63,280 bases of DNA, filler included, from Cercozoa sp. M6MM (GCA_040357565.1; 9 parts of 9 records of this genome joined end to end with filler, not necessarily neighbours in it); one strand, 5' to 3'. Positions 36,314 to 49,058 are shown, counted from the whole stretch's first letter. Notes: generated by a model not told the origin, from the letters alone. A program made the numbers and translations.

Positions 36314-39065
36314 ATGTCAACCTTGGACACGGTGGTGCGAGTTTTGCAGCCGTCAACATTGTCGGCTGAAGTTCCCACAATCAGGCGGGTTGAAACTCAA
36401 GCAGTCGATGACGACACAGAGCCTGAAGTTCCGCGAACGGATGTGCCTGTGCCCGTGCCTAACACCTCAAACGTAGCGGCAAGTGATCAAACACACACCG
36501 ATACGACAAAGACAAGCGAAGCTCGACCTTTTTCACGGCACGACATCACGCGAACGAAACAGCAGTTGCTCCAGGTGCGAAAGCAGCACGAAAAGCCCCA
36601 GAAGCGACGAGGCGCGAGTTCACGCGTCCTTCAACGCTTAAATTCTCTCGTTGATCAACAAGAAAACACCGAAAAGCAGCTCGTGTGCCTGGCGAAACGT
36701 GTCGAAAGCATTGCAGAGTCCAGTTCAAACTTTGACGTCGAAGATCTCGCGAACTCTCTGTGTGAACTGGTCGAACAGAAGCAAACCTCGGTTGGGACTG
36801 AAGGTACCGTCAGCTCAGTAAAGTTTCTAACTAGAGTTCTCTGCGCTATTCACTGTAGTTCTCGCTCGGCTGGAAAGCAAGCTCGAGGACTTGAGTGAGC
36901 GCGTGAGCGCCAAATCAACAGAAACTGCCGAGGAACTCGCCAAGTTGATTGACACCCCTCCAGTCAGTTTTCCTGACCTAAGTTCGTTTGATGTCGATGA
37001 CCCGGAACTCGAGAGTTCTCGAAAAGAGCAGCAGCAACTGCGATATGAACTGACACTGCTCGACAAGTCGATTGAAGAGCTTCCACGCAGCGTGCACCTG
37101 CGAGACGACAGCAGTTTCTCGCTGCTGTCGAGTGAAGTCGTGCAAGAAACCGCGTCAATGATTTCTCGCATTCTTATGACACCGGTGACCGAGTTTAAAA
37201 AACTCCGAGCCGCATGCACTAAACCTGAGACGAGAAGCGCCAAAGTACCTTCGTGGAGCGACATCATCGGCGAGTTTGCGCCGGTGCCTTCGATTCCACA
37301 GCTCGAGGATCAGTTCTCTCGCAGCAAAGTGAACCGTGCTTCTTCTGCGCGAAGATTGCTCCAACGCAACTGCGTCACTCAGACCTCGCGAAAGAAGACA
37401 AAGCGCCAACCGAAACCAGTTCGCCGACGCCGAAGAAAAAAGACTGCTGAGAAACGACTGCCACAATTGCGACGCGTCACTCGGCAAACACGCGACAACA
37501 CGCTGAGTTTCTTCTCCACTCATGCGACAATACCTTCCATTCCAGTCGAAATGCGGAAGCTATGTTTGCCGAGCGGTGTCCCAAAAACGGAAACTGCAGA
37601 AAGCAGTTCTGATACCTCGGTTCGGCAGCTGCAAACCCCGGGGTCGTCAGTCTCAAGCAAAGTTCAGCATAGTATCGTCAGTGTGCCCATCGAAAAGGAA
37701 GTCGAGCTCCGGAAACAAAATGCGAGACCACCCGTTCAAAGACAACAAGTAAGTCTACCCTGCAATGAGTTCACGCAGACGCGCATTGTTCCGCACGGGA
37801 GGCAGCAAACGAAAGCAGAGCGAAAGCGAGTTGCAGACTCTGTGGCACGAGTTGAAACTGAGAGGAGTCCTGCCACGCGACAGAAGCCGAACAAAGAAGA
37901 CGAAGCGACAGTGCCAACTGCGACAGAAGCAGCACGAAAAAGACGCAGCAGATTCAGAGTCAGGAGAATGCTCGATCTGCATTCGCTTCGCTTCGACAGT
38001 GACTCGGCTCACAGCACCGACTCGGACGAGAGCGAGCCGAGTTCCTCGGACTCGGATGCCGACTCAGAAGCCGACTCGGATGCCGACTCGGTGGACGAGG
38101 AACTCACCGACCTGTTTGTCGAGTACCTTCGCTCTGCCGCCAACGACGGTCGCAGGTCCAGGACTCACTTGCGTCAGTTAGTGGAGGATCTAGAGGAGAG
38201 TCCAGCCGAGTCGAAACAAGGTGACTTGCACTCCCCAACGGAGAGTTCAAACCGTGTCGCATCAACGAACCGAGCGACGCAAAGCACGCCTGTCGACGTT
38301 GCTGTATCTACAGTTTCGGCAGGAATACAAGCCTCAGTGACTGTTCGAACCGAGTCGAAACAAGTCGAGGCGCAACTGCCCTCTCGAGCGACAGCGCTGG
38401 CGGCAACTCTGCCGCGAGTCCCGTCGCGAGCCAAGTCTGTCGCTGCCGACACAACAGAGAAAGCAAAGACTTCTGTCGCGAGCAGTTGCTTCAGCACGCC
38501 GCGAAACAAGTCAGCGCCCGCTGTTCTGGAAAACGAAAGCCCTGTCGATGTTGCAGGCAGTGTGCGCGTCGAATCCGCAGCATTGTTGGAGTCGACTTCA
38601 GTCAGCTCCATCAGTGCTCGTGCAGGTATCAAAACCACCTCGCCCCAGAGTCTCAAATTGGACGTACAACCTCCGACAAAACGCGTGCGTGTTCTTGCGG
38701 TGAGTTTCATTGCTCCCACCCAGAAATGTTAGCATGCACAGTCATTTTTAAAACTGAACCTGCAGCAACAGCGCGCAAAAGCGACCCCAGCTGAGAGCTT
38801 CAACGTCGATCAGTTGCGACAGGAACGAGTAAGTTTGGCCCTAAGCAAACCGCTCCTCAGCTTCTCTTTTCACGGGCCCCAGTCGCTTGAACCTCCACAA
38901 GAGTCGAACGAGACGACAACTCGAACTGCAACGACCCACAGTCGGCCTGTGTCCGTTGCTTCGCTGAGCGACGGCGAAATCCCGACCTTCTCACGTCTCA
39001 CGACGCCCAGCTCTCTCCACAGTGAGGGAGAGGTCTCCCAGCGCAGGCAGCATTTGTTTTATTAA
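36314..39065 (+). CDS. Large disordered/coiled-coil hypothetical protein with C-terminal SLSDGEI..SEGEV motifs
   Basis: Long open exons (613-aa ORF) joined by three phase-compatible GT-AG introns. Confidence 0.7.
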
Positions 39066-39254
39066 CTGTGGGTGCGAAATGACCAAAAAACATCAGATAA
39101 GCAAACAGCTCGAAAAAATTAATGATTTCCTGAACAGCACTAAACCGCCTTGTGCGTGTGCTCAAAGCGGTGCTGCGGTTAGTGTGGCACGTGTGCGCCG
39201 TGTTGTAGCAGAAAGGAGCGAGGTTTGCCAGTTGGGCAACAAGATCGCAACAAG

Positions 39255-39441
39255 ATGAGTGATCTGGACGACGACAGCGACATGGACGAGTTGCTGGCCA
39301 ATTTCTACGGCGACTCGACGCCGCCGGGCACCGCTACGACCACGGCGACCGCGGGCGGTCACGTCAGTGCGCCAGTGGACCCTCTGCCGCCGCTGCAGCA
39401 TGAGGTATCTCTAGTATATTTATATATTTATATATACATAC

Positions 39442-39479
<38 letters not shown>

Positions 39480-40162
39480 ATATATGTAAGAACACATGTG
39501 TATGTCTGACATGAACGTGTGCAGTGGACCGAGGCAGAGATGGAGACGCGCGAAGACTTTGACGCGGCCGCGTTCGCTGCGTCGCAGCTTCGTTCGTCCA
39601 GCGCCGAGGAGCTGCTGCAGGTGCCTCTTCCTAGGGGGAGGGGCAAGGGGTAAAGAGGGTGACAGGGGGGGTAAAAGGATGCATGTAGCTCACCGACCGC
39701 GTGGCCGGCAAAGTGCGTCGTTTGGACAGTTCTCTGCAGACACTCGTGTTTGAGAACTACGCCAAGTTTGTGGTATGCTAGGGGCGGGGTAAGAGGGGTC
39801 AAAAAGGGGTTAAAAAGGGGGGTAAGAAGGGGGGTAAGAGGGGGGGTAAGAGGGGGGTAAGAGGGGGGCAAAAGGGGGGCTAAACAGGGGTGGGGGGGGG
39901 GGGTAAAATGAGGTATGTAGGACGCCACGGACGCGGTGCGCCGCATGGGCGGTCAACTGGACACACTGGCCTCGAAGGACCTCGCCCTGCTGCGTGAGGT
40001 ACTCCTCCCTCTGTGACTGGGTGACCACGTGGGTGACTGGGTGACCACGTTGACTGGGTGACCACTGATGTCAGAAAACCGAGTCACTGACGCGACGGTG
40101 CGACCACGTGACGCAGTCGCTCGCGCCGTCGCAGAGTCGTCTCGCGCAGCTGCGGCGCACCT
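39255..40162 (+). CDS. VPS51: Vacuolar protein sorting 51 (GARP/EARP subunit), 5' part
   Basis: LLANFYG; FDAAAF; VRRLDSSLQTLVFENYAKFV|DATDAVRRM. Confidence 0.92.
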
Positions 40163-40352
40163 GTACTGCTTTTACCCCCCCTTTTACCCCCCCTTTTACC
40201 CCCCCTTTTACCCCCCTTGTACCCCCCTTTTACCCCCCCCCCCCCTGTACCCCCTTTTACCCCCTTAACCCCTACCCCCCTTAACCACCCTACCCCTTTA
40301 ACCCTCTACCCCCCCTCTTACCCCCCTGTTTACCCCCCTCTTTCTCCTGTAC

Positions 40353-40398
40353 CGTTTGGGCAGTTCGAACAGCGCATCCAGTCGACGCATCAACAGAC
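40353..40398 (-). CDS. VPS51: Next VPS51 exon, in inverted orientation
   Basis: tag|GT CTG TTG ATG CGT CGA CTG GAT GCG CTG TTC GAA CTG CCC AAA CG|gtac = (C)LLMRRLDALFELPKR; matches the VPS51 L..LFELP motif and the upstream exon phase. Confidence 0.8.
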
Positions 40399-40589
40399 CT
40401 ACAGGGGGGTAAATAGGGGGGNNNNNNNNNNNNNNNNNNNNNNNNNNNNNNNNNNNNNNNNNNNNTTAATTAATTAANNNNNNNNNNNNNNNNNNNNNNN
40501 NNNNNNNNNNNNNNNNNNNNNTATATATATATATATATATATATATATGAATAGAGAGAGAAAGAGAGAGAGAGAGAGGGCAGACACAC

Positions 40590-41882
40590 GCCGACACAGT
40601 GATCGGCGACAGCGTCTGGTCCGAGTGCGCGCTGTGACAACAAGCCGGCGCCCGGCATCGCTCTGTCATCACCATGCATGCAGTTCCCTCTTACCCCTAC
40701 CCCCACCCCTGGCCCAGAGTGTATGGTACGATTGTTGCACGGCACCGAGAAGTAGGCGCCTGGGTGGTAGCCCACCTGTGTGTGTGTAAATAAGGTTGTC
40801 CGCGCGGACACAAAGGGCGAGATACCTCGACCCAGGAGTGCGCGTAGTTGCAGGAGTCTCCGCGCGGACATTCGCTCGGATCGCTGATGAACTGCTTGCG
40901 CTGGCCCTGTCCAACAGAGAAAGTTAAGGAGGGAAGGAAACAAGGAAAGTAAGAAGAACAAGGAAGAAAGAAAGAACAAGGGAGGAAGGGAAGGAACAAG
41001 GAAAGAGAAAGGAACAAGGAAGGGGCAAGGAAGAGTACATCAAAGATGGCCGGGCAGCAGTACGTCGTGTGCGGAAACTTGATCGGATCGCGTCTGACAA
41101 TCGCAACACGCAATGTCAAACAACAACAAGACGGAAGGAAGGAAGGAAGAAGGAGGAAACACAGGAGGGCAAAAAGAAAAAACGTAGAAGGAGGGAAGTA
41201 AGAAAGAACGCAGACGGAAGGAAAGTACCTAGGTTGTTCGCCCTCGTGGTAGTGTTCGCAAAAGGAACCGAAAATGCAGAATTTCGAACTGAAGTAACAC
41301 CAAGTCAGAAACTAAAAAGAGGGGGGGGGTAAAGAAGCTACCTGTGCTGAGTCTTGTCCGGGAAAGGAACTAGTTCGCCCTTGTGTCTGCACACACTCAT
41401 ACACGGTAACATGGAAGGCAGACCAAGGAAGGCAAAGACAAAGGCTACACTGTGAGGTGTTGGTAGGGACACGGCTTCGTCTTGTTGCGCAGCCAGAATG
41501 GCACGTCTATGACCAACAAAACATCAGCAGAGAACGGAGGAGGAAGGAGAGCAGAGAAGAAAAAAGGAAGAGAAGGAAGAGGAGGAAGGGAAGGAAGGGG
41601 AGGGAGGAAGGAAGAAAAAAGGAAGGAAGGTACACGCGGACGTCTCTTGAACCACGAGTTTGCCCATCGATGGCAGACATCGTTTCAACACCTGCCCGTG
41701 TGCGTGTGTGTTTGTTGTGCGTTCTCAGAAAAAACAATGTGTGTGTGTGTGTGTGCGTGTGTGTGTGTGTGTGTGTGNNNNNNNNNNNNNNNNNNNNNNN
41801 NNNNNNNNNNNNNNNNNNNNNNNNNNNNNNNNNNNNNNNNNNNNNNNNNNNNNNNNNNNNNNNNNNNNNNNNNNNNNTGTGT

Positions 41883-41941
<59 letters not shown>

Positions 41942-43942
41942 TGTGTGTGTGCGTGCAGGTACCTCACTGCAGGCAGCAGCAGGCGACAAGGCACGCAACG
42001 CCTTAGTTTCCGCCGTCGTTGCGTTCTTGTCATCGGCCGCTTCTTCGCGCTCGTGCTATCTCCCAAAACACACCGCCGATTCTCTTCTTTCTTTCTCTTT
42101 TTGACAGCGGGAAAAAACGAAACTCACCACAAAATCAAACACTTGCGACAGCAACGAACTTTCGGTTTCCGACTCGTTGTCCGCATTTCGTGTTTTCGAT
42201 TTCTCAGCTGTAAAAGTGCACACGCAAGTTTGACAAACCAGAGCGACACACAAGAAAGAAGAAAGACAGTACCTGCGATGGCTTTGCTTAGTTTCTTTGA
42301 GCGTCCGCGGAACTTGCTTCGAAGTGCTTCAATCTCATTTTTGGCTGGAACGCGCAAAAGCCACAAATTGATTCGGTCGATCAAGCAAAGTAGTTTTTGT
42401 TTTTTCGAAAGGCAGATCAAGGCTACCTTGAAACAGCTCGCGCTTCCATTGTTTCGGGAGCAATGTCGCACGTGAAACATCCTTGTTCAGCAACTGCAAT
42501 CACACGAATTCACACTGAACAAGAATTTGCAAAGTTGAAATCGAACCGGACGAGCCCGTTCGTCAGGATGAACGAAACCACAGAGTGCGCGCGGTTTGGT
42601 ACAGTTCGAGCCGAACTTGCATGTTGCCGTTTTGTAGTACACCTAAAAAACGAAACAAAAAATTCAAGAAAACAGAAAAGGAACTTTGAGATGTTGATGA
42701 GAGCGTAATGTATACCGGGTGAAACACATATTCGAGTCGTCCGTGTGACTTAAAGCAGTCGACTGAGGAGTGTCAACAAAACAAGATACAGACGACTGGA
42801 AGAAAGATGGAAAAACATGCGAGGGTACACTCGCCGCATTCGCAGTTGTCGCTCATGTACGCAACGATGCCTGTAAAATCGTTCCTCTCATGCTAACTTA
42901 AACAGTTTTCAAAACAAGCTCAAGTACCATTTCGAAGAACGAAGTTGCGGCGTCTCATTTTGCCATTCTCTGTGCAGTTAAACAAAAAATAACACACACA
43001 CACACACGCACGCACACGCACGCACGCACGCACGCACACACGCACACACACACACACACAAATGCAGCAGGTGGCGAAAGAAAAGAACGCTACCAAGTGT
43101 GTGTTCAAAGAGACAAGTTTCGCTGTCGTTGATGCACTTGCCGTACTTGTGCGCCTCACACCGAAAGACCTACGCAACATGCGGCAAAAAGCACTTGCAG
43201 TAGTCCCATGTGCTGTTTGACTAGTGGAGATACCTTGTAGAAGAACATGACGACAGAGATCGGACACTCATCCACCGACAGCGAAAGAGGGATGTCATAC
43301 TGCTGCAGGTCGTAGAGATTCGACACTGAACAAACACAGAACAAAAGCACACATATACAATCCACAGAAAAGCTATGGTTTATCCTACCTTGTGTTCGTG
43401 GTCGCAGATAAATTTCTTGGTCTCTCTGCGCACGCACAGTGATGTTTCCGCATTTGACTTGCCAGAATGCTAAACTTTACAGTGTCGCGTTTCTTACGAC
43501 GACGCACGACGCGCCGAAAGCCAAAGTCGCTGTGCAATCACACACGGCTGGGAATGACTCAACAAACATGCAGACTTTTAAAAAAAAAAAAGAACCTATT
43601 GAAGTCGTCGCTGCCGACGTTTTCGTGAAGCGCGAGTGGCTGCATTGCTTTCGCGCGATCATTCGTGCCGTACTTGAGGAAACAGCGGGCTGTTTTCCAC
43701 ACAAACACGCTCAGCCAATTAAACGTGAAAAGCGAGTACATCACTTACAGCACGAGGCTCCCGGCGAGTTTTCGTTCTCGCAGCGTGGGCACTGCCATGG
43801 CTGCTTCATTGCATCCATGCGCTGCCGCGCCAACTGCACAAACAAGGGAGAAGGTGAATAAATAAACAAAACAAAAGGCATCGATCGAAATGGCAAGAAC
43901 CTGGCGAAGTGCACGCCGTTCCGCCTGAAGGCTCAAAGACAT
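40590..43942 (-). CDS. Unkempt/TZF-like multi-CCCH zinc-finger protein with N-terminal RanBP2-like finger; 3' truncated; spans a 100-N gap
   Basis: WQCPRCENENSPGASC|SRC; FFYK|VFRC..KC..C..EH; RRRNFVLRNGIVAY; HGRLEYVFHP|VYYKTATC; second cluster CEHYHEGEQPRRDP..CPRGDSCNYAHSWVE|VGYHPGAY. Confidence 0.8.
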
Positions 43943-44118
43943 ATTTGCCGTGCGTTCATGTGGTTTAGAAATATAGAAGACGGGCTTTTCACACTTTTAT
44001 TATTTAAAGCGTCCGGTACAATAATAGCGTCCAAAATATATTTCCCATTCGTAGCCAGAAGCTCTAGCGCAACGTCAGGCGCGCCACGGCATCTCTGGCC
44101 TGTCCTACGACCTGAACC

Positions 44119-46516
44119 ATGCTGTCTAAGCGAGCTCTCGCGCAGGTATCGTAATTATCCGAGATGCAGGCTGGTCGCGCTCACTATGCATGCTTGCAAG
44201 TTACAGTGTGTATCAGTGGCATTGTCGAGCATGCTGCTGCTTTGTGTGCCGCGCTAGAATTGTTGTTTGCTTTTGGGGTGTTGTTTGGTTTGTTGCCGAA
44301 AAATGAAATGAAATGAGAGACAAGACTGATCTCGTTCTTGCAGGCGCGTCACTTCGCGGCCCTGCCCAAGGTCTCCAACGTCGGCGGCTTTCGTGTCCTC
44401 ACGGTAACTGCTAGTTTCTGCGTGTTTGGCAGGTCAAAGAAATGAATGATGCGCCTGCAGATCGACGATGGTGGTGCTGCCGCTGAGGTCGGCGTGCACC
44501 TGCTCGCCGGCAGCCGTATCGACGAGGAGTGCGTAGCTTCAGCCTTAGCTTGAGCCTTTTGTAGTCTCTCGTGGTGCTGTGTTTGTTGATGTACCGGCTG
44601 TGTGTTTGTGACGGCAGGAGGGCCGCTCGCACCTGATGGCCAAGCTCGCGCTGGCGACGGGCGACATCCAGGCCGACTCGCTGCCGGGCCTCGGTCACAA
44701 CATCGGCGAGGCCACGCAGTCGCAGCTCCTGCAGCTCAACAAACTCGGCGTCTTTTCCGAGGTACTCTCTCTCCATTCATCCCCCCCCCCCCCCTACACC
44801 AATGTGGATAGAACATCCGCGCCAATGCCACGCGCAACACGGTGTCGATCTCGACCAAGGTGATCCGACACTGGGCCGGCGACGCCGTGCAGCCGTACTG
44901 CCGTTCTTGTCTTACCTTTACCCCCCCCCCCTCCTTACTCCCTTCAAACAGGCTGTTCCGCGCCCTGCTCAACAAGGGCTACTACACGGCCGAGATGAAC
45001 GTACCCACTTTACACCCTCCCTCATGCCACCTATGTTTGTGTCTCCAGCACCTGCTCCAGAAGTACAAGGGCGAGCGTGAGCAGCTGCTCAAGAGTGCCA
45101 AGGACTTTCTTTCTCTTTGGTTAAGGGAGTGACTTTGTGTTACTGCAGACGACCCGGTCTTCACGATCAATGACCTCGCTCTGTCGGCTGCCTTCGGTGG
45201 CAAGGGCCTCGGCAAGCCGCTCTACGCTTCCGACGACCTTCTCGTACACTTACCCCCTGCCCCGTTACCCCCTTTACCCCCCCCCCCCCACCCGGACAGG
45301 CCACGCTGGACCAGCAGACGATGCGCGACTTTGGCTACCACTACGCCCACCGCGACCGCATTGTAGCCACATTATTACCCCCATCTTGACCCCCCGCGTG
45401 TAGTGTATACGGTGAGTGTAGGTGATTGCCGGTGTCAACGTTGACCACCAGGTATAGCCATGTGTTACTACCCTCCCTCTTGCTCCCCTTTACCCCTCCC
45501 ATTCTGGGTTAGGCTCTGGTTGCCGCTGTGGAGAACGACCTCGCCGACTGGCGTCGCGACGAGCAGTGCGTACTTTTGAGATTGTAGCCACTATGTGGGG
45601 TCTGTATGGACGGTACAGACGGTACATATGAACTTGCTTGGTGTGTAGGCCAAGGAGGATGTTGAGGCAGAGTTTACTGGCTCCTATGTCGTTGGTGAGG
45701 TACTGGAAGGTCGTAGTAGTGGGGTAGGGGGGTAAAACATACGTTGGTTGGCAACAGGGTCTGCCGTCGGTGTCGGTCGGTTTCGCGGCGGCGTCCTACT
45801 CGGACGACGGTGCTGCAATGTCGGTGCTGACCAAGGTGATGCAGCAGGCCTGCGAGCAGATCGCCGCTGCCAACCCCGAGATCGTCTACGCTGGCGTGCT
45901 GCGCGAGGCCTCGTCGCAGCGTGGCGTTGTCGGTATCCTTACCCCCTACCCCTCTTACCCTTTACCCTTTCCCCCTACTCCTCTTACTTTACCCTACCCC
46001 TCTTACCATTTACCCTACCCCTCTTACCTTTAACTCTTATCCCCTACCCCTTACCCCCTACTCCTCTTACCCTTACCTCTTACCCTTTACCCTTACCCCC
46101 TACCCCTACCCCAGGCATCTCGGTGGTGACGAAGGAAAACGCCACGCAAACGCCGTCGGAAATCGTACGTCTGGCTGGCTGTTTGACCCTACCCCCTGTT
46201 ACCCTTAGCCCTTGATACCATTACCCCTTGTGCAGCTCGGCAACATCTACGGCGTCGTGGCGCAGCAGGTCAAGCAGGCTGATGCTCTGCTCCTGGCTCA
46301 GCAGCTTGGTAGGCTTAGCCCCCCCCCCCCGCGTAGTCCCCCCGACTGATGTGTCTGCTCAGTGATCGGTGAGACGCGTCTGACGCACGCCGAGAACGGT
46401 ATGCAACCCACCCCTACCCCTGTCCTATCTGACTGTACCTATAGCCGAGGCTGTGGCCTACGATGCTGTGCTGCGCGAGTTCGCCGGCGCCGAGCCGCAG
46501 TCGCTCGATGACACGG
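44119..46516 (+). CDS. Mitochondrial M16-family non-catalytic subunit (UQCRC2/MPP-alpha-like), ~14 introns, 3' truncated
   Basis: Presequence MLSKRALAQ|ARHFAA; VGVHLLAGSR..EGRSHLMAKLA (no HxxEH); SAAFGGKGLGKPLY; RI|VIAGVNVDHQ|ALV. Confidence 0.8.
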
Positions 46517-46629
46517 GTAACACTGGTCCNNNNNNNNNNNNNNNNNNNNNNNNNNNNNNNNNNNNNNNNNNNNTTAATTAATTAANNNNNNNNNNNNNNN
46601 NNNNNNNNNNNNNNNNNNNNNNNNNNNNN

Positions 46630-47735
46630 GGAAGGCGACGACAAGTTTGCTCTGGTGCTGGTGGCAGCTATGTCGAAGTACGCAATGGTTTGCGAGCAGT
46701 TTTAGTTTTTCTATACTGAAGACGACCTACTGGAACTGAAAAACGTTCGTGCGGCATCGAAGCGCGCGAAAATGAGAATACTCGGTCCTGGGTGACATCT
46801 TTCCTCGAATGACCACGACGACATGCATTCCAGTCGGAACACTCGCAGTCACGCAAGCATGCGCGTTGACAACACTTTGATTTCGAAGGTACAGGTTTCC
46901 TCCGACTGCAAATAGTATGTCGCGCCATGGATTAGTCCTCGGCCATGCTTGTTGGTAGCGATGTTTAAACTTAAGTTCGCCAAGGTCCTTGCGCTCCGAC
47001 ATGCCAACAGATCGGCTGAAGTGGTGCTGGCGTACATGGCACGCATGGCTCTCACGAACGCAGCTGAAACACTGCACCCTGAGTACCGCCACATGATGAA
47101 CAAAGCGACAGACGTAAGAATTCAACCTTCCGAACTTCCCTATCTTGAAAATACATTGTACCCTTCATCTGAATAAAATGTTCCGTAGATATGCATCGCG
47201 AAGTTGCAAGGTCGAGTACGACAAAGTTCACGTCATTTCGGTGTGGGATGAAAACGCCAACACATTCGAGGTGACTTGCACTGGGCAGGTCAGCCGCCTC
47301 GTCGTATTGGTACACATGCTGCTTATAGTTCTCTCCACGCTTGCTGCCGCACTTAAAATTCACCCTCGTTTCACTGTGCTTAGGGAGTGCGCATCACGTC
47401 AGGCGCAATCATTGAACTTGCAGATGACTCCCTCGTTCTCGTGAAAGACATCGTTGAGGTCAATGATGCGACGCGGCTTCATTGTGCAGATGTGTGGCAC
47501 CGCCGAACGGTGCAACTACACTGGCCTCTTGAAATGCTCTGTCCCAGGTTCTATCGACACCGACATGCCGCGTTTCGTGACTTTGGACAATCACCCAAAG
47601 ATGCGCCGCCGTGCTCCGTCCGTGCGATCGCTGCTGGATCTCGGACTTAAGCGAGGTACACAGGTGTGGCTGCTCAACCGGCAACGTTTCACAACATGGT
47701 CGCCCGGCAACCTCTACGGCGATAACATCTACTAA
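46630..47735 (+). pseudogene. Intron-containing gene fragment with an apparent frameshift; possibly a degenerate DNA-transposon gene
   Basis: Exons FKLKFAKVLALRHANRSAEVVL.., GVRITSGAIIELADDSLVLVKDIVEVND, then a frame change to RGFIVQMC..VWLLNRQRF..*; adjacent to an RT fragment. Confidence 0.3.
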
Positions 47736-48179
47736 CTGAATTTAAGCATGTAAACTTTACTCCATGCGGTGTCACTTTTATATAAATCTAATTTCCTTCC
47801 AAAGTAATCAAATTTCTGCAAAAAAAAATTCTAATTTCTGCAGAAAACGCCCCCATGGGCGGTTTCCCTTAAAAGCGAACATTATTGAGCATCTTTCAGG
47901 GTATAACAAGGATGTTAACGCCCGGAAAACAGAAAAACACGAAAAAAACTGTAAAATGCAACAAAAACGGGGGCGACAAAATCCAGGCAGTCAATATTTT
48001 TTGAGCATTTCAACAAAAATCGCCCACACTGCTCCGTAAACGAATCTAAAGGTCCCGGGCCCTGTGAATTATATTCAAATCCCCGAAAATGCTACTTAAA
48101 GGGCTATTAGACGACGTTTGACCGATTTTGTCACGGAAATTACCGGGTAATTACTGGCACTGGGTTCTCGGGGTTCTGA

Positions 48180-49058
48180 ACTCGAAGCACTCCTCAAAAA
48201 CATGAGAAAACAACTCAGACAAAGCCTTCGCATTGATAGTCAAGCACTATGGCAGGAGAGAGTGGCCAGACTGAACGCGCACACAACAATCGGGGAGACC
48301 ACTCGACTACTGAGAAACATCAATGACAGAGAAACAAATGGCGCTACCAGAGCATCAACAATTGAGGGTGCCTCAGAAGACAAAGCCATCGCAGAGATCT
48401 TCGCAGAACACTTACAAAAGAAAACCACACTAGACTGGTCCCAATTCGCAATGAACACGAGGTCTGCCCATAGTTTTGGTGCTTGTTGCAGTTGTGCTGC
48501 CTGTTGTAACACCTCTTGGTGTTGTTGTGCAAATCTGTTCTCTCCGAGTACTTCATTGTTCATATTGTGACATACTCATGAACGAGAGAGCATCCCAACA
48601 AATGAACACACAATATGTATCCAAGTACCAATCTGGGTGGAAACAACACATGTCAACGCTAGACACACTGGCTTACATACAACAGCAGGCAGAAATGGCA
48701 AAGAGAGCAGGTGAGTACATGACAGTCATTAGTCTAGACATCAAAGGCTTCTTCGACAAGCTCCACAAAGAGGGCGCAATCATTGCCCTGTCTAAACATG
48801 TGAATGGCGAAGAACTGCTACTCATGGAGTCCTTCCTCTCAGACAGAACTATCTCGGTGAGAAGAAACGACACAGAATCAACAGACAAACAAGTCAACGG
48901 CAGTACTCCCCAAGGGGCCATCTGCAGCCCTCTACTCGCAAAGACCTTCCTCGATGATATGCACATACAACTGCAAAGAACAGGAGAGCACATGAAACGA
49001 CACCCCCGTAATTATAAAATTAAAGGAGCAGTAACCACTGCACACAGTGTCGGATACG
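48180..49058 (+). mobile_element. Non-LTR retrotransposon ORF2 fragment (reverse transcriptase), rearranged and cut by gap
   Basis: QSGWKQHMSTLD, ISLDIKGFFDKLH, SFLSDRTISV, TPQGAICSPLL, ends GY just before the expected (Y)ADD; A-rich sense strand, no introns. Confidence 0.92.

Noticed and set aside
40000-40070. CRISPR-like repeat (GACTGGGTGACCACGT units)
   Set aside because: Short tandem duplication within a VPS51 intron; no spacers, no cas genes, eukaryotic context
45103-45148. Second apparent GA donor (AAG|GACTTT) in the M16 gene
   Set aside because: A canonical GT donor 8 nt upstream (AAG A|GTGCC) gives the correct phase
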